64,000 bases of DNA from positions 198,651 through 262,650 of IMG/VR virus record IMGVR_UViG_3300029267_004162; one strand, 5' to 3'. The notes beneath the pieces are model-generated. The model had not been told where the DNA came from and ran no database searches. It was given only the letters and a program-made list of their open reading frames with translations. The position numbers were made by a program, and so were the translations under genes. Below, piece by piece: positions 9,032 through 19,854 of this stretch. Position 1 is the first letter of the stretch; each line of letters opens with the position of its first letter.

Positions 9032-10268
9032 GCTGACCGAGAAATGGAATCGCGTAGTCGATATCATTGATTGTTCACACGCACTGGCGTGGTCATCTCA
9101 CCTCTACCGGATAGGGACTCCTTTGTGGACGACGTTAACCGAGACGGCCGCAGTGTCTCACAGTCCCAAACAAGGGCTGCAATTCATCTTTAACCCGCAA
9201 TTCATGTCTGGTCTCACTGATGTTCAGATAGCGTTCGTTGCCCTGCATGAGGCGTGTCACATTATGTTGGGGCATTGCCACAAGGTAAACTGGATTCGAG
9301 ACCACCACAGATGGAACATAGCTTGTGATATCGTGATTAACGAAATGCTGCTTCGCATGCCAACGTTTGGTGACGAGGGCAGGTCGTTGCAATCAGCATC
9401 TTTCAGGCCCCAGCTTTTGGCTAATAATGGTCTACCCCCTGGCGATTATACCGCCGAGCAGGTGTATGGGCTTCTTGGGGAGACCAATTTATCCAAAAAG
9501 AACACGTTGGACGATCACAAGTTCGGGGAAGATTCTGCTGGTGCGATTGGAGAAGCTATCGACAAACTGTTGGAGGATCCAACTTTTCGCAATCAGGTTG
9601 ACGAATTTTTGAGGGCCGGTAACACGTCATTGGGAAACGAGTTTCTTGTTCCTAGCAAGGCGCAGAATCTTGACAAGGAAAAATACCCTGTAGAGCAGTG
9701 GTTCAAGGACGCCGTTAGGACAGTAATGGGGGAAAGAACAAACGAGGTGTGGGGGCCAATGAATCCCAGGATAGCCGCATTTTGGCCGGATACTTATCTA
9801 CCTGTTGAGGCTGTAAGTTCGGGTCTTAAATACAGACTCCGAGTGTACATGGACACCAGTGGATCGATTGTCTCGGCCCGGTACCGGGGTGGGTATGATT
9901 TGTTGGAAAGGTTCAGTTTAGTTTTGGAAACTGTCCCCACCAACCACTTCGAAATGGAAGTATTCACGTTTGACACAGGGTGGAAGGTAGATCGCCCCTC
10001 TATGGGGGTTTATCCGCTTACGAAAGACCGTAACGGAAAATTTGTTTTCCGGGGCGGGGGAGGCACCTGTTTCAAACAATTAGAAAGACACTGCTTGTCT
10101 GGACTTCGTTATCCAGATTGCATAATGGTTTTAACAGATGGTATGGGTTCTCCAGTCGAGGTGAAATACCCAAATCGGTGGGTATGGCTTCTAACCAGAA
10201 AACCGTACCTTCAGTTGCCTGGGAAAGTTATTAATTTGCCTGTGCCTAAGCCGAGGCAGAGGCGATGA
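9003..10268 (+). CDS. VWA-like domain protein with N-terminal metallopeptidase (DUF2201-type)
   Basis: HEACH (HExxH), NIACD..IN, MDTSGS MIDAS, GGGGTCF, LTDG. Start moved to GTG 9003 after GGAGG; ORF track starts at 8913. Confidence 0.85.
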   Translation: MAPQLLNQFELTEKWNRVVDIIDCSHALAWSSHLYRIGTPLWTTLTETAAVSHSPKQGLQFIFNPQFMSGLTDVQIAFVALHEACHIMLGHCHKVNWIRDHHRWNIACDIVINEMLLRMPTFGDEGRSLQSASFRPQLLANNGLPPGDYTAEQVYGLLGETNLSKKNTLDDHKFGEDSAGAIGEAIDKLLEDPTFRNQVDEFLRAGNTSLGNEFLVPSKAQNLDKEKYPVEQWFKDAVRTVMGERTNEVWGPMNPRIAAFWPDTYLPVEAVSSGLKYRLRVYMDTSGSIVSARYRGGYDLLERFSLVLETVPTNHFEMEVFTFDTGWKVDRPSMGVYPLTKDRNGKFVFRGGGGTCFKQLERHCLSGLRYPDCIMVLTDGMGSPVEVKYPNRWVWLLTRKPYLQLPGKVINLPVPKPRQRR

Positions 10269-10293
10269 TTGTGGTTGGTTCGTTTATTCTTAT

Positions 10294-10965
<672 letters not shown>

Positions 10966-10982
10966 TTACTGGGAGAGGAACT

Positions 10983-11198
10983 ATGAAGGCCGGTACACCC
11001 CCAGAACGGGTGGCGGCGGAGGGCATTACTCTTTGTAAGAGTGTTAGGTGTCCCCTTCGTCAAAAATGTGACAGGTGGTCTGCGGGAGAGTTCCAGGAGC
11101 GAGAATGTACTTTCTACGTTCGTGATCCCTGCAATCTTCAGACCGGAAAATGTACTTTTTTTCTCGCGCGGGTGTCTCGCAAGGCGGAGGAGGTGTAA
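10983..11198 (+). CDS. small Cys-rich hypothetical protein
   Basis: 71 aa with six Cys; GGAGAGG RBS. Confidence 0.6.
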   Translation: MKAGTPPERVAAEGITLCKSVRCPLRQKCDRWSAGEFQERECTFYVRDPCNLQTGKCTFFLARVSRKAEEV

Positions 11199-11199
11199 A

Positions 11200-12294
11200 T
11201 TGCATGTCGCCCTGTCAGTAGCAGAATTGGCTCCTGTACTCCAGGTGTTGGTTAAATTTTCATCATCACGTCATCAGTTAATTGATATCAAGGCCAATTC
11301 AGGCATAACCACTATTGGCTGTGCGGATGGTGATTTTGCTACTTCGTTTCAGACGGATAAGTCGTTTATCCGCAACGAAGGGCAAGCGGCTGTTTCTTTT
11401 GACTCCTTTTACAAGATTATTGGGAGTTTACCCCGGGGTGGCGTGGTGGACCTTCACACGTTTGCTGATGTAATGGAGGTCCGGTCGAATGGCGTTGTGT
11501 TTACACTCCTTAAAGATGATTGTCCTGGTTCCTTCCCTCCAGAAACGGGCACTCACCCTTCTCTTAGGATACAAGGGGCCGTGCTTCGACACATGGTCCA
11601 ACAGGTCATATACGCCGCCGGTTCCGTGTGTTACCAAGGGCACCCACTTTGGGGAATACTCTGGCAACAGGAGTCCGAGCAGTTACAACTGGTCGCGACG
11701 GACACCAAACGCATAGCTCTGGCTTCTGGTACCCCCGTTGAGGGAAAGAAGTTGTCGGCTATCGTGCCTAAAAGGATCCTCGAAGTCTTCAGCGATATCG
11801 AAGGAGACGAGATCGCGGACGTTTTCTTTTATAAGGCGGGAGTTTCTATTCGGGTAGGGCCATATGAGTTCTCATCCCGTTTACTCCTGGGAGATTTCCC
11901 TGATTGGCAATCCAAGATTCCGGTGGGGAAAGCAAAAACTTATGCTACTTTTGATCGACTCCCCCTGTTGGAATCGTTGGTGTCTTTTAAGGCGGTGGGA
12001 GTAGACAATGGCGTTTTCGATTTTCGGGAAAACGGGACGACCATCGCGGGTGTTCTTATATCTGGTCCTGTTTCTGACTTCTGCCCTGTTTCTACAGAGA
12101 CGCCTGTTCACTTAGCGGGTGACGCTGTTGAAATCCTTCTGAACGTCAAATATCTTCGGGAGTTTGTTCAAGCCTTGGATGCTCCTAAAGTCGTGATTGG
12201 TTTGAGTGGTCCCAACAAGCCTATCACTGTTGGAAGTAATTTGATCGATATTATGGGAGTAATTGCTTCCTGCAATGCGGGTGAAGACGAATGA
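11200..12294 (+). CDS. dnaN: DNA polymerase III beta sliding clamp-like protein
   Basis: VATDTKRIA, SRLLLGDFPDW, LNVKYLREF and GPNKPI motifs of beta-clamps; probable TTG start at 11200 after GGAGG. Confidence 0.85.
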   Translation: MHVALSVAELAPVLQVLVKFSSSRHQLIDIKANSGITTIGCADGDFATSFQTDKSFIRNEGQAAVSFDSFYKIIGSLPRGGVVDLHTFADVMEVRSNGVVFTLLKDDCPGSFPPETGTHPSLRIQGAVLRHMVQQVIYAAGSVCYQGHPLWGILWQQESEQLQLVATDTKRIALASGTPVEGKKLSAIVPKRILEVFSDIEGDEIADVFFYKAGVSIRVGPYEFSSRLLLGDFPDWQSKIPVGKAKTYATFDRLPLLESLVSFKAVGVDNGVFDFRENGTTIAGVLISGPVSDFCPVSTETPVHLAGDAVEILLNVKYLREFVQALDAPKVVIGLSGPNKPITVGSNLIDIMGVIASCNAGEDE

Positions 12295-12743
12295 TCATCG
12301 CAAAATCGCAATCCATACAGGTCTCTAAGGAAATCCAGCTAGACTACGGTCACACGCTCCCCAATCACTTCAGTTATTGCAATCAGTTCCACGGCCATAG
12401 AGCTAGAGTAGTGGCTCATGTCGAAGGAGAAATCTGTACCAAGCCAGGAGACAGCAGTGAAGGCATGGTCATGGATTTCCGCTTCCTTAAACAAGCTCTC
12501 ATGTCTTTCGTCCACGATAAACTAGATCATGGGTTTGCTATTTGGAAAGACGACCCAGATAGGGATTTTATTATACGACGAAATGAACGGTTTATCATTA
12601 CCGATAAGCCCCCTACCGCAGAGTATCTTGCTCAGTGGGCCTTTGGACAATTGAATCCCCACATACCCAAAGGACTAACTCTGGTTTCGGTGGAGTGGTG
12701 GGAAACCCCAACTTCCTGTGCAACTTGTACAGCAAGAAATTGA
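12291..12743 (+). CDS. queD: 6-carboxy-5,6,7,8-tetrahydropterin synthase
   Basis: GHTL...YCNQFHGH, GMVMDF, LDHG, PTAEYLA and WETPTSCA motifs. Confidence 0.92.
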   Translation: MIIAKSQSIQVSKEIQLDYGHTLPNHFSYCNQFHGHRARVVAHVEGEICTKPGDSSEGMVMDFRFLKQALMSFVHDKLDHGFAIWKDDPDRDFIIRRNERFIITDKPPTAEYLAQWAFGQLNPHIPKGLTLVSVEWWETPTSCATCTARN

Positions 12744-12794
12744 GGGCTGGGCTTGGGTTCCCGAGAAAATTGGTGTATGATCGAGGAGTGAAGG

Positions 12795-13181
12795 ATGGCC
12801 GAAAAAGACCCCGTTTACTCGCTGAAAAGGGGCACCGGTCTGGACGGTGAACGCACTTGGCATGTTTGGATGGACATCGACGGGACTCGATTTCGTTTGG
12901 ACAGAGAGTTTACATCAAGGGAAGTTGAGACATATTTCGACATAGATGTGGATTCAAGGGTGACTCAAGAAGGTCATCGCCTTCTCCAGTTAGGTCTTAG
13001 CAAATCCGATGTGGCAAAACGTCTTCATTCAGAGGGTTACCCTTCAAAGACTTCCACCGGCATTCACGATTTCATTACCCACGGGTATGGGGAGTTGGAC
13101 TCCCATGGTTTTTGGGAATTCCCGCTTCCGGACGGGGAATTCGTGGGAGGGTTCGACGATTTTGATGGAGGAGAAAAGTGA
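12795..13181 (+). CDS. hypothetical protein
   Basis: 128-aa ORF within the operon. Confidence 0.6.
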   Translation: MAEKDPVYSLKRGTGLDGERTWHVWMDIDGTRFRLDREFTSREVETYFDIDVDSRVTQEGHRLLQLGLSKSDVAKRLHSEGYPSKTSTGIHDFITHGYGELDSHGFWEFPLPDGEFVGGFDDFDGGEK

Positions 13182-13438
13182 TGACAGATCAGGACATGAC
13201 AAAATGCCAGCGAGCGCTGTTAGCGGGGAAGTGGGTTCATGCTAATGGCGATGGTGCGGCGGTTATGCGTCGTATACACCCTGGGAAGACGGATCACCAT
13301 GAGTTTCAACTGAGTGCATCTTTCGAGAAACGACATTGGACACCCTCAACCAGATACACGTTCGGCGATTTCACCGACGACAAATTCACTGTCGTCGAGC
13401 CCGGAGAAAAGAATTGCCCTGCTTGTGGGCTGTCGTGA
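13178..13438 (+). CDS. hypothetical protein with C-terminal CxxC
   Basis: 86 aa; overlaps the upstream stop; GGAG RBS. Confidence 0.55.
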   Translation: MMTDQDMTKCQRALLAGKWVHANGDGAAVMRRIHPGKTDHHEFQLSASFEKRHWTPSTRYTFGDFTDDKFTVVEPGEKNCPACGLS

Positions 13439-13480
13439 AAGTTGTTTGTGCGTGGACTATGAAAACGGCGAGGAGAAACA

Positions 13481-13951
13481 ATGATGAAGAAGGGTGCGAA
13501 AATCGTCCCAGCAGAAACGGTTGCTATTCTAAGACAGTGGGCGGATAGGATACCCCAAAAAAGCGGGAATTACCAAAATGGCCTTGATGATGGTCAGACC
13601 TTATTAGCAACTTCAATACTAAAAGTTCTTGAACCCGTAGACAAGCAACCCCCCAAAGAAGAGCCACCCCCGTTCAGACCTGACCCAGATGAGCCAATCC
13701 CCAAGGCGGTGATGCAATCAGCCATTACTGCTTGGAAGGCTTGGATAGCTGCGGGCGCTCCAAAACACCGGCGTTTCTTTGATCCTCATTACCATCAGGT
13801 ATTGGAGGTGTCACAAGAACCCGATATACTGTATTTCAGATTTCAAACTCATGATAGCCCGGAGGGAGACATATGGTGCCGGGGTCACCTTCGTTTGTTG
13901 GGTGATAAGGATTTTGAATATCTGGATCACGTTTGGGAGCAGGATAAGTAA
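13481..13951 (+). CDS. hypothetical protein
   Basis: 156 aa; GAGGAG RBS. Confidence 0.6.
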   Translation: MMKKGAKIVPAETVAILRQWADRIPQKSGNYQNGLDDGQTLLATSILKVLEPVDKQPPKEEPPPFRPDPDEPIPKAVMQSAITAWKAWIAAGAPKHRRFFDPHYHQVLEVSQEPDILYFRFQTHDSPEGDIWCRGHLRLLGDKDFEYLDHVWEQDK

Positions 13952-13986
13952 GCGGGTTAGGAGAATCACATGCTAGTGAAAGGGCC

Positions 13987-14442
13987 ATGATCGAATTCCG
14001 ACAAGGAAATCTGTTCAAGTCTAAAGCCGATGTGTTGGTTAACGCGGTTAACTGTGTGGGGGTAATGGGGGCCGGGATAGCTCTTCAATTCAAACTTGCA
14101 TTTCCTTCTATGTTCAAAGCTTATCAGAGGGCGTGTAAGAGTAGCAGTATTCTTCCGGGTTCCGTTTGGGTGTGGGATCGCCCTCCAGTTCTATGTGTTG
14201 CTACTAAGCACCACTGGCGGGGTGTTTCTCGCATTGAATGGATCGTGTCGGGGATCAAGGAAATCGTCAACGTGATGGAACAGCACCCTTTGTGGAATTC
14301 GATCGCTGTTCCTTTACTGGGCTGTGGGTATGGGGGTCTTGATTGGGCGGTGGTTAAACCTCATATGGTTGATTTGCTGTCAGGAATAGATGCAGAGGTG
14401 TGGATTTACACTGGTAGAAAATCATGGCCAAAATCAAGCTAA
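13987..14442 (+). CDS. macrodomain ADP-ribose hydrolase (DarG-like)
   Basis: GNLF...LVNAVNCVGVMGAGIALQFK..FP, TKHHWR, IAVPLLGCGYGGLDW. Confidence 0.88.
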   Translation: MIEFRQGNLFKSKADVLVNAVNCVGVMGAGIALQFKLAFPSMFKAYQRACKSSSILPGSVWVWDRPPVLCVATKHHWRGVSRIEWIVSGIKEIVNVMEQHPLWNSIAVPLLGCGYGGLDWAVVKPHMVDLLSGIDAEVWIYTGRKSWPKSS

Positions 14443-16379
14443 ACAAACACCAAGTACAAGCCATCAAACACACCACGGGTCCTTGTCTGGTGGTTGCGGT
14501 CCCTGGGAGCGGAAAAACCAGATGTTTGACTTCTCGTGTAGCTAGGCTAATTAAACACGGTGAAGATCCGCGGGGGGTCCTTTGTTTGACTTTCACTAAC
14601 AAAGCCGCTCGTGAAATGATGGAGAGAACCGAACGGCGGTTGTCTAAGCAACAAGTCCGGGGGTTGCTCGTCTGTACATTCCACAAGCTGTGTGTCCTGG
14701 TCCTATCGAAGTATGGTAAATCCATTGGTCTCTCCTCGAATTTCACCATTTATGATAAAAAAGACCAGCAGAATGCTATCAAGCGGATTGCCCGGAAGAA
14801 CGGAATAGAGATTAACGATCCTGGGGCCTCTGTAATTGTGAGAGAAGTAGATTATGTTCGGGAGGAAATGCTTCCTTTTAAGGAACTCCATAACCGTCTC
14901 GACACACCCGATTTTGCCACAGTGGGGATGACCTACTTGGATTCGCTTCTTAAACTTGGTTGTGTTGATTTCAGTGGATTGTTGTATTTCGCTTGGCAGT
15001 TATTACAAACTAATAGTAGAGTCCGGAAAGCGTTGCAAGAGAAATTCTGCTTCATCTGTGTCGATGAAAGTCAAGACACCAATCGCATCCAATATGATCT
15101 AGTGTGTTCCTTGGGGGAACAGCACAAAAACGTTTACATGATTGGGGATCCAGATCAAAGTATCTATGGTTGGCGGGGAGCACGCCCGGATAACCTAGAC
15201 AAGTTTCAGATTCATTTCCCGGATTGCCGGGTGATCACTTTACCTGTGAATTATAGGTCAACGGCTGACATACTGGCTAAGTCCGAAGTTCTAATTCATA
15301 ACAACTCTGGTAGGGCTGGTGTTAAGCTAATTTCTAACAGGGGAGTGGGAGCCGAAGTTCAATATGCTGAATTCGAAGAGGGGGAGGGCCAGGCTAGAAG
15401 TATTGCTGGTACAATTAAACAGATGTTGGGTGCGGGGAAACGGCCCAAAGATTTTGCTGTTCTGTACAGAGTAAACCGGTCTTCACGCATAATAGAAACC
15501 ACTTTACGGCTAGCCGATCTTCCCTATCGGATAACTGGGGGTTTCAGTTTCTATGACCGCAAAGAAGTCAGAATGGCTCTGAGCTATTTGACTTTATTGG
15601 CCAATCCAAAGAATGGGATGGCCTTCGCTGAGGCCATCGCGGTACCTTCTCGACAGGTTGGCCCAGTGAAAATTGGAAAAGTGGAAAATTTCGCCGAGGC
15701 CCACACGGACGGTGATATACTGGCCGCGTGTTTGCGGGCCGATGAGATTCCTGGTTTAGGGAAGAATCCTGTAACTAATTTGAGGGCCTTTGCCCAGTTG
15801 TTGGCGAAACACCAGGAAGCTAAATACGATCTGCGAACCACCATGCACAGTGTGTTTAAAAAGTCAGGATTCTATGATTATTACGAAGGTCAGGGTGAAG
15901 AAGACGGGGTGGACCGTTTTGCCAATGTGGAAGAATTTGTGATTAGTTTAGACTCGTATGACTCAGCCGATGCTTATTTGAGGGACGCCAAGCTAACTTC
16001 TCCTGAGGATAAGGACGACCCAAATGTCATCACTCTCTCCACTATTCACTCTGCTAAGGGATTGGAGTGGCCCTGCGTGTTTTTGATCGACGTGGAGGAG
16101 GGGGTTCTTCCTTCCAGCCGGGCTTTAGCTGAAGGGGATGGGGAGGAAGATGATCAAGAAGAACGTCGACTAATGTATGTCGCTATGACTAGGGCTAAGG
16201 ATTGGTTACACATCAGTTCTCGGGCGACTATTCCTGATGGGAGAAAAAGGGATTCCGTTAGAGAAGTAGGTCCCAGTAGATTTCTGGGAGAAATTGGTCT
16301 GGTAGACATACAAGAACGTGCTCATGAGAGGAAACGCGCCCGCCGTGAAGAACGCAAATTTAGCACAGGCTGGGAATAA
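14424..16379 (+). CDS. UvrD/PcrA/Rep superfamily 1 helicase
   Basis: AVPGSGKT, TFTNKAA, VDESQD, GDPDQSIYGWRGA, NYRS, STIHSAKGLEW, EERRLMYVAMTRAK. Confidence 0.97.
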   Translation: MAKIKLNKHQVQAIKHTTGPCLVVAVPGSGKTRCLTSRVARLIKHGEDPRGVLCLTFTNKAAREMMERTERRLSKQQVRGLLVCTFHKLCVLVLSKYGKSIGLSSNFTIYDKKDQQNAIKRIARKNGIEINDPGASVIVREVDYVREEMLPFKELHNRLDTPDFATVGMTYLDSLLKLGCVDFSGLLYFAWQLLQTNSRVRKALQEKFCFICVDESQDTNRIQYDLVCSLGEQHKNVYMIGDPDQSIYGWRGARPDNLDKFQIHFPDCRVITLPVNYRSTADILAKSEVLIHNNSGRAGVKLISNRGVGAEVQYAEFEEGEGQARSIAGTIKQMLGAGKRPKDFAVLYRVNRSSRIIETTLRLADLPYRITGGFSFYDRKEVRMALSYLTLLANPKNGMAFAEAIAVPSRQVGPVKIGKVENFAEAHTDGDILAACLRADEIPGLGKNPVTNLRAFAQLLAKHQEAKYDLRTTMHSVFKKSGFYDYYEGQGEEDGVDRFANVEEFVISLDSYDSADAYLRDAKLTSPEDKDDPNVITLSTIHSAKGLEWPCVFLIDVEEGVLPSSRALAEGDGEEDDQEERRLMYVAMTRAKDWLHISSRATIPDGRKRDSVREVGPSRFLGEIGLVDIQERAHERKRARREERKFSTGWE

Positions 16380-16382
16380 CCT

Positions 16383-16700
16383 ATGTCTCGATCTACACAA
16401 TACATTGGCCTGACTGCCAAGGCGACCGCCTTTATCACAGCTCTTCCTAAGTTGGAAGAGAAGAACACCACTCTTGGAATGTTCGACGAAGAAGTTCCCC
16501 TAGGAGTATGGCAATCGCCCCTCCTTGGTAAACTTGTTGAGACCCTACAGGTTTCTCCCTGGAGCGGTGGCCCGCTACTTTTTACTTGCCTGTCTATTAA
16601 GTACGATGGGGGAGAAACTTCCATTTTTCAGTGGATAGCAGACCCAACCTTACAAGATCACCAAGAATTCGATTATGAATCAGGAGCATATTGGGTATGA
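16383..16700 (+). CDS. hypothetical protein
   Basis: 105-aa ORF between the helicase and polymerase genes. Confidence 0.6.
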   Translation: MSRSTQYIGLTAKATAFITALPKLEEKNTTLGMFDEEVPLGVWQSPLLGKLVETLQVSPWSGGPLLFTCLSIKYDGGETSIFQWIADPTLQDHQEFDYESGAYWV

Positions 16701-16706
16701 TGCGTC

Positions 16707-19634
16707 TTGAGTTTATTGTTAATTTTAAAGTCGAGGTGTAACTTGGGGCTATTAAAATCTGGTCCTAAACAGATGGGGCAAAGGTCTGAGGGTAAAGGCT
16801 ATAAAAGACAGGGGCGGGGTGGATTCCGTGGTGGCAGAGAAAACCCCTGGAATACTCCTTACCCCAAAGTTGATCTGACCAAATCCGGAAGGAAGCTCTA
16901 TCGAGAAAACCGACCCCGCCCAGCCAGGGACCCTGGTCGATTGGCGGGGGCACGCAACCCCAATATTCCAGCAGAATTCTATGCTCTTCCCGAGGAGTGT
17001 GTTACTACCATTATGTTTGTTGGTGACGCACCTGGGAAAGATGATGATTTAGCTAACCGAGTATTCCATGGTAGGGCAGGTCATTTACTTCGGTTCTGTA
17101 TCGAAAATTCCGATCAATCGGCTTATAACATCTATTTGACTAATGTAGTCAACACGATGCCGCCTATCGTAGAACACAATCCTGAGATTCCCACCGAGGA
17201 ATCTATTGAAAGTAACCGAGAGGCCCTACAACATGAGATCGAATTAGTAAGGCCCCGAGTTATCATAGCTCTTGGTCAAATAGCCGTGTCAGCCCTTATT
17301 GATGAAGAAGAGGGGGACAGGCTGGTTAACAAACGGGGGAATTTCTATCCGTGTAAATTTGACCCCGCTATTCGGGTTATGGCGACTTGGTCTCCTTCCA
17401 TGATTGTGAGGAACCCTCATCGGGGATCACAGTTGTTCCTTGACATAACAAAGGCATCAGCAAACACGGCCTTTGACATCTCTAAGATGAGAGAGCAGCC
17501 GGAGGTGAAGTGGGCTAAGACTTTGCCAGAACTACGAGAGGCTGTGGCAGAAGCATCCAAGGCCAAAGTCATGGCGTTTGACTTTGAAACAACCGGTCTA
17601 TCGAGGTGTCCGGGGGATAACGCCATAGTATCCCTGCATTGGTCAACCAATAGCACTGATTGTTGGGGAGTTCTGGTTGATCACCCGGATGCGGGGTGGA
17701 CGAAAAAACAGAAACCCAAAGTACGTCGTTTGCTCAAGGATCTCCTTCGAAACAAAGTTCCCAAAATCGCTCACAACGCCAAGTTTGACTTAGCCATCGC
17801 TCGGGGGTGTCTTGGAATTAGGGTGGCTCAATTCCAGTTCGATACTATGATTATGCAGTATCTTCTGGATGAGAATATTAACGACAAAACGCGGTCGGGT
17901 GGCCCCCCCATGTTTCGGTCTTCGCTAGACGCGATGGTCCAGTATTGGCTCGACTTTGTTGACCCAGATTGGGAAGCGGCAAAGGAACACCGCAGCAGTC
18001 TGATTCGGGTTCCAGGGAAGGATGTGATCTGGTATGGTTCTAAAGACGCCTGCTACACCCTACGTCTGTACAAACTACTGCGGAAGCTAATCGCTGCAAA
18101 AGACTCTGGTCTTCTCAAAACACCAATGGAGATCATGGCCAAACTGTCCTATTCCGTCTCAGAATTAGAGTCGGCTGGTCTGCCCTTTGATATGGATTTG
18201 GCTACAAAGCTTCTGGGTACAAGATGGGAAAACTCGCTTTCGAATCTCATCAACCGCCAAAGAGCGGATCTGTTCACAGATTCCAAAGTTGCCAAATTTA
18301 ACGAGCAGCTTAACGACGAGCAAGTCAAACCCACTCTGTTCAAAGTGTTAGACGACGAAAACGAACAACTGTTTGACCCAATGAAAACCCAGAAACACTT
18401 GGTCCCTTTCTATTATGAATTCCTGCGGTTGCAGCCCCCACCAGGAGCAGAAGAGGGAAAATTCCCCACTGGTAAGGATTTTGAAGAACACTACGGGGAA
18501 ATAGAAGTCGTTCGACAGATTAAGGAATACAAACAGGCCCACAAAATGCGGGGGTTCATCGAGAGTTTTGTGGACGCCGCTGCGATGAATACAGACGAAC
18601 GAATAAGGGCGTCTTTTCGCATTAACTCCACGGTTACTGGCCGGTTGTCTTGTACTGATCCTAATTTGCAACAGATACCGCGTGCTGAAAACGAGATTAA
18701 AACCTGGATAAAACGAATTGTGGCCGTTCCACCGGGGTGGGTTCTCATAGCAGCAGATTACTCGACTGCTGAAGTGAGAATTGGGGCCATAACGAGTAAA
18801 GATGATAAGATGGCTGCTGTGTTTAGGGCCATTAGTAAATTAAAGGCGAAATTCCGTAAGAAGCCCACCGCGAAATTATACGAGCGCATTTTTGTGGATG
18901 GGGAAGGCGACGCCCACAAACAGAATTATTCGCGGGTGTTTGGTATCCCGGTTGGTGAGGTTACCAAAGATCAGCGTACTGAAGCCAAGGGGATTACATT
19001 TGGTTGCATGTTCTCCGGTACCCCCGAGCACCAAATGGCTGGGAAACTTGGCATTCCAGTAGAAGAAGCTAAGATAAAGGTAGATGCTTTCCTTGGTCCC
19101 TTCATTAATCTAACCAAATTCCTCAAGCAGAATAACGCGGCCGCTGACAATGTGGGATTCGTGTACAGCTTGTTTGGACGTCGTCGAACTACGTATGGTG
19201 CGTGGTCTATCAAGAGTGAGCATACTCACGCCCGCAATCAATGTCAAAACTCTGGGATCCAGTCTACTGCCAGTGACGTTCAAATGCTAGCCGTGTATAA
19301 ATTCTGGCAGTACGTTTACACTCATGAAAAGGTTTGGCGAGCCGTTAACGTAGTCCATGACTCCATCTATTTTGTCGTTCCCAGAACAGAACTGAGAGAT
19401 GCTGTTGAGGTAATCGAAGATGTCATGCTCGATCCAGGGTTGGATCGGTACGGGATCGATAAAGAGTTTACGCCCTTGGAAGTGGACATGGAGATTGGTC
19501 TAAACGCCGCTGATACCATCACCTGGGATTTTACTACCCAGCACATGGATTTGATCGAAAAGTGGCTAGACGCTGGGGCTGATCGGGAGTGTAAACCAAA
19601 GAGTCCATTTGCTAAAAAGAAGAAGGAAGGTTGA
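16707..19634 (+). CDS. family A DNA polymerase with N-terminal uracil-DNA-glycosylase-like domain and 3'-5' exonuclease
   Basis: UDG-like FVGDAPG..D....F.G.AG; Exo motifs DFETTG, HNAKFD, YGSKDA; Pol motifs TGRLS..PNLQQIP, DYSTAEVR, R..AK...FG, VHDS. True start may be the internal ATG (MGQRSEG). Confidence 0.95.
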   Translation: MSLLLILKSRCNLGLLKSGPKQMGQRSEGKGYKRQGRGGFRGGRENPWNTPYPKVDLTKSGRKLYRENRPRPARDPGRLAGARNPNIPAEFYALPEECVTTIMFVGDAPGKDDDLANRVFHGRAGHLLRFCIENSDQSAYNIYLTNVVNTMPPIVEHNPEIPTEESIESNREALQHEIELVRPRVIIALGQIAVSALIDEEEGDRLVNKRGNFYPCKFDPAIRVMATWSPSMIVRNPHRGSQLFLDITKASANTAFDISKMREQPEVKWAKTLPELREAVAEASKAKVMAFDFETTGLSRCPGDNAIVSLHWSTNSTDCWGVLVDHPDAGWTKKQKPKVRRLLKDLLRNKVPKIAHNAKFDLAIARGCLGIRVAQFQFDTMIMQYLLDENINDKTRSGGPPMFRSSLDAMVQYWLDFVDPDWEAAKEHRSSLIRVPGKDVIWYGSKDACYTLRLYKLLRKLIAAKDSGLLKTPMEIMAKLSYSVSELESAGLPFDMDLATKLLGTRWENSLSNLINRQRADLFTDSKVAKFNEQLNDEQVKPTLFKVLDDENEQLFDPMKTQKHLVPFYYEFLRLQPPPGAEEGKFPTGKDFEEHYGEIEVVRQIKEYKQAHKMRGFIESFVDAAAMNTDERIRASFRINSTVTGRLSCTDPNLQQIPRAENEIKTWIKRIVAVPPGWVLIAADYSTAEVRIGAITSKDDKMAAVFRAISKLKAKFRKKPTAKLYERIFVDGEGDAHKQNYSRVFGIPVGEVTKDQRTEAKGITFGCMFSGTPEHQMAGKLGIPVEEAKIKVDAFLGPFINLTKFLKQNNAAADNVGFVYSLFGRRRTTYGAWSIKSEHTHARNQCQNSGIQSTASDVQMLAVYKFWQYVYTHEKVWRAVNVVHDSIYFVVPRTELRDAVEVIEDVMLDPGLDRYGIDKEFTPLEVDMEIGLNAADTITWDFTTQHMDLIEKWLDAGADRECKPKSPFAKKKKEG

Positions 19635-19635
19635 T

Positions 19636-19854
19636 ATGGAACCCATACTGATTGATCCTGAGATGGTTGAAACCCTGCGCGGTGAGGCGAAACGACCAGC
19701 GGAAGAAACCACACAACCGGGCGATGCCAGATTGACCGAAGCGTATCTCCGGGGGTACCAAAACGGGAGGCAAGACATGGCACAAGAAGTTTTGATAGTT
19801 GCCAGGCCCGATGTAGCACCTAAAAAGGACGACGACGATGATACTGTTGATTAA
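19636..19854 (+). CDS. hypothetical protein (AY.RGYQ.G motif)
   Basis: ATG at 19636 after GGAAGG; motif shared with 28985-29503. Confidence 0.55.
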   Translation: MEPILIDPEMVETLRGEAKRPAEETTQPGDARLTEAYLRGYQNGRQDMAQEVLIVARPDVAPKKDDDDDTVD

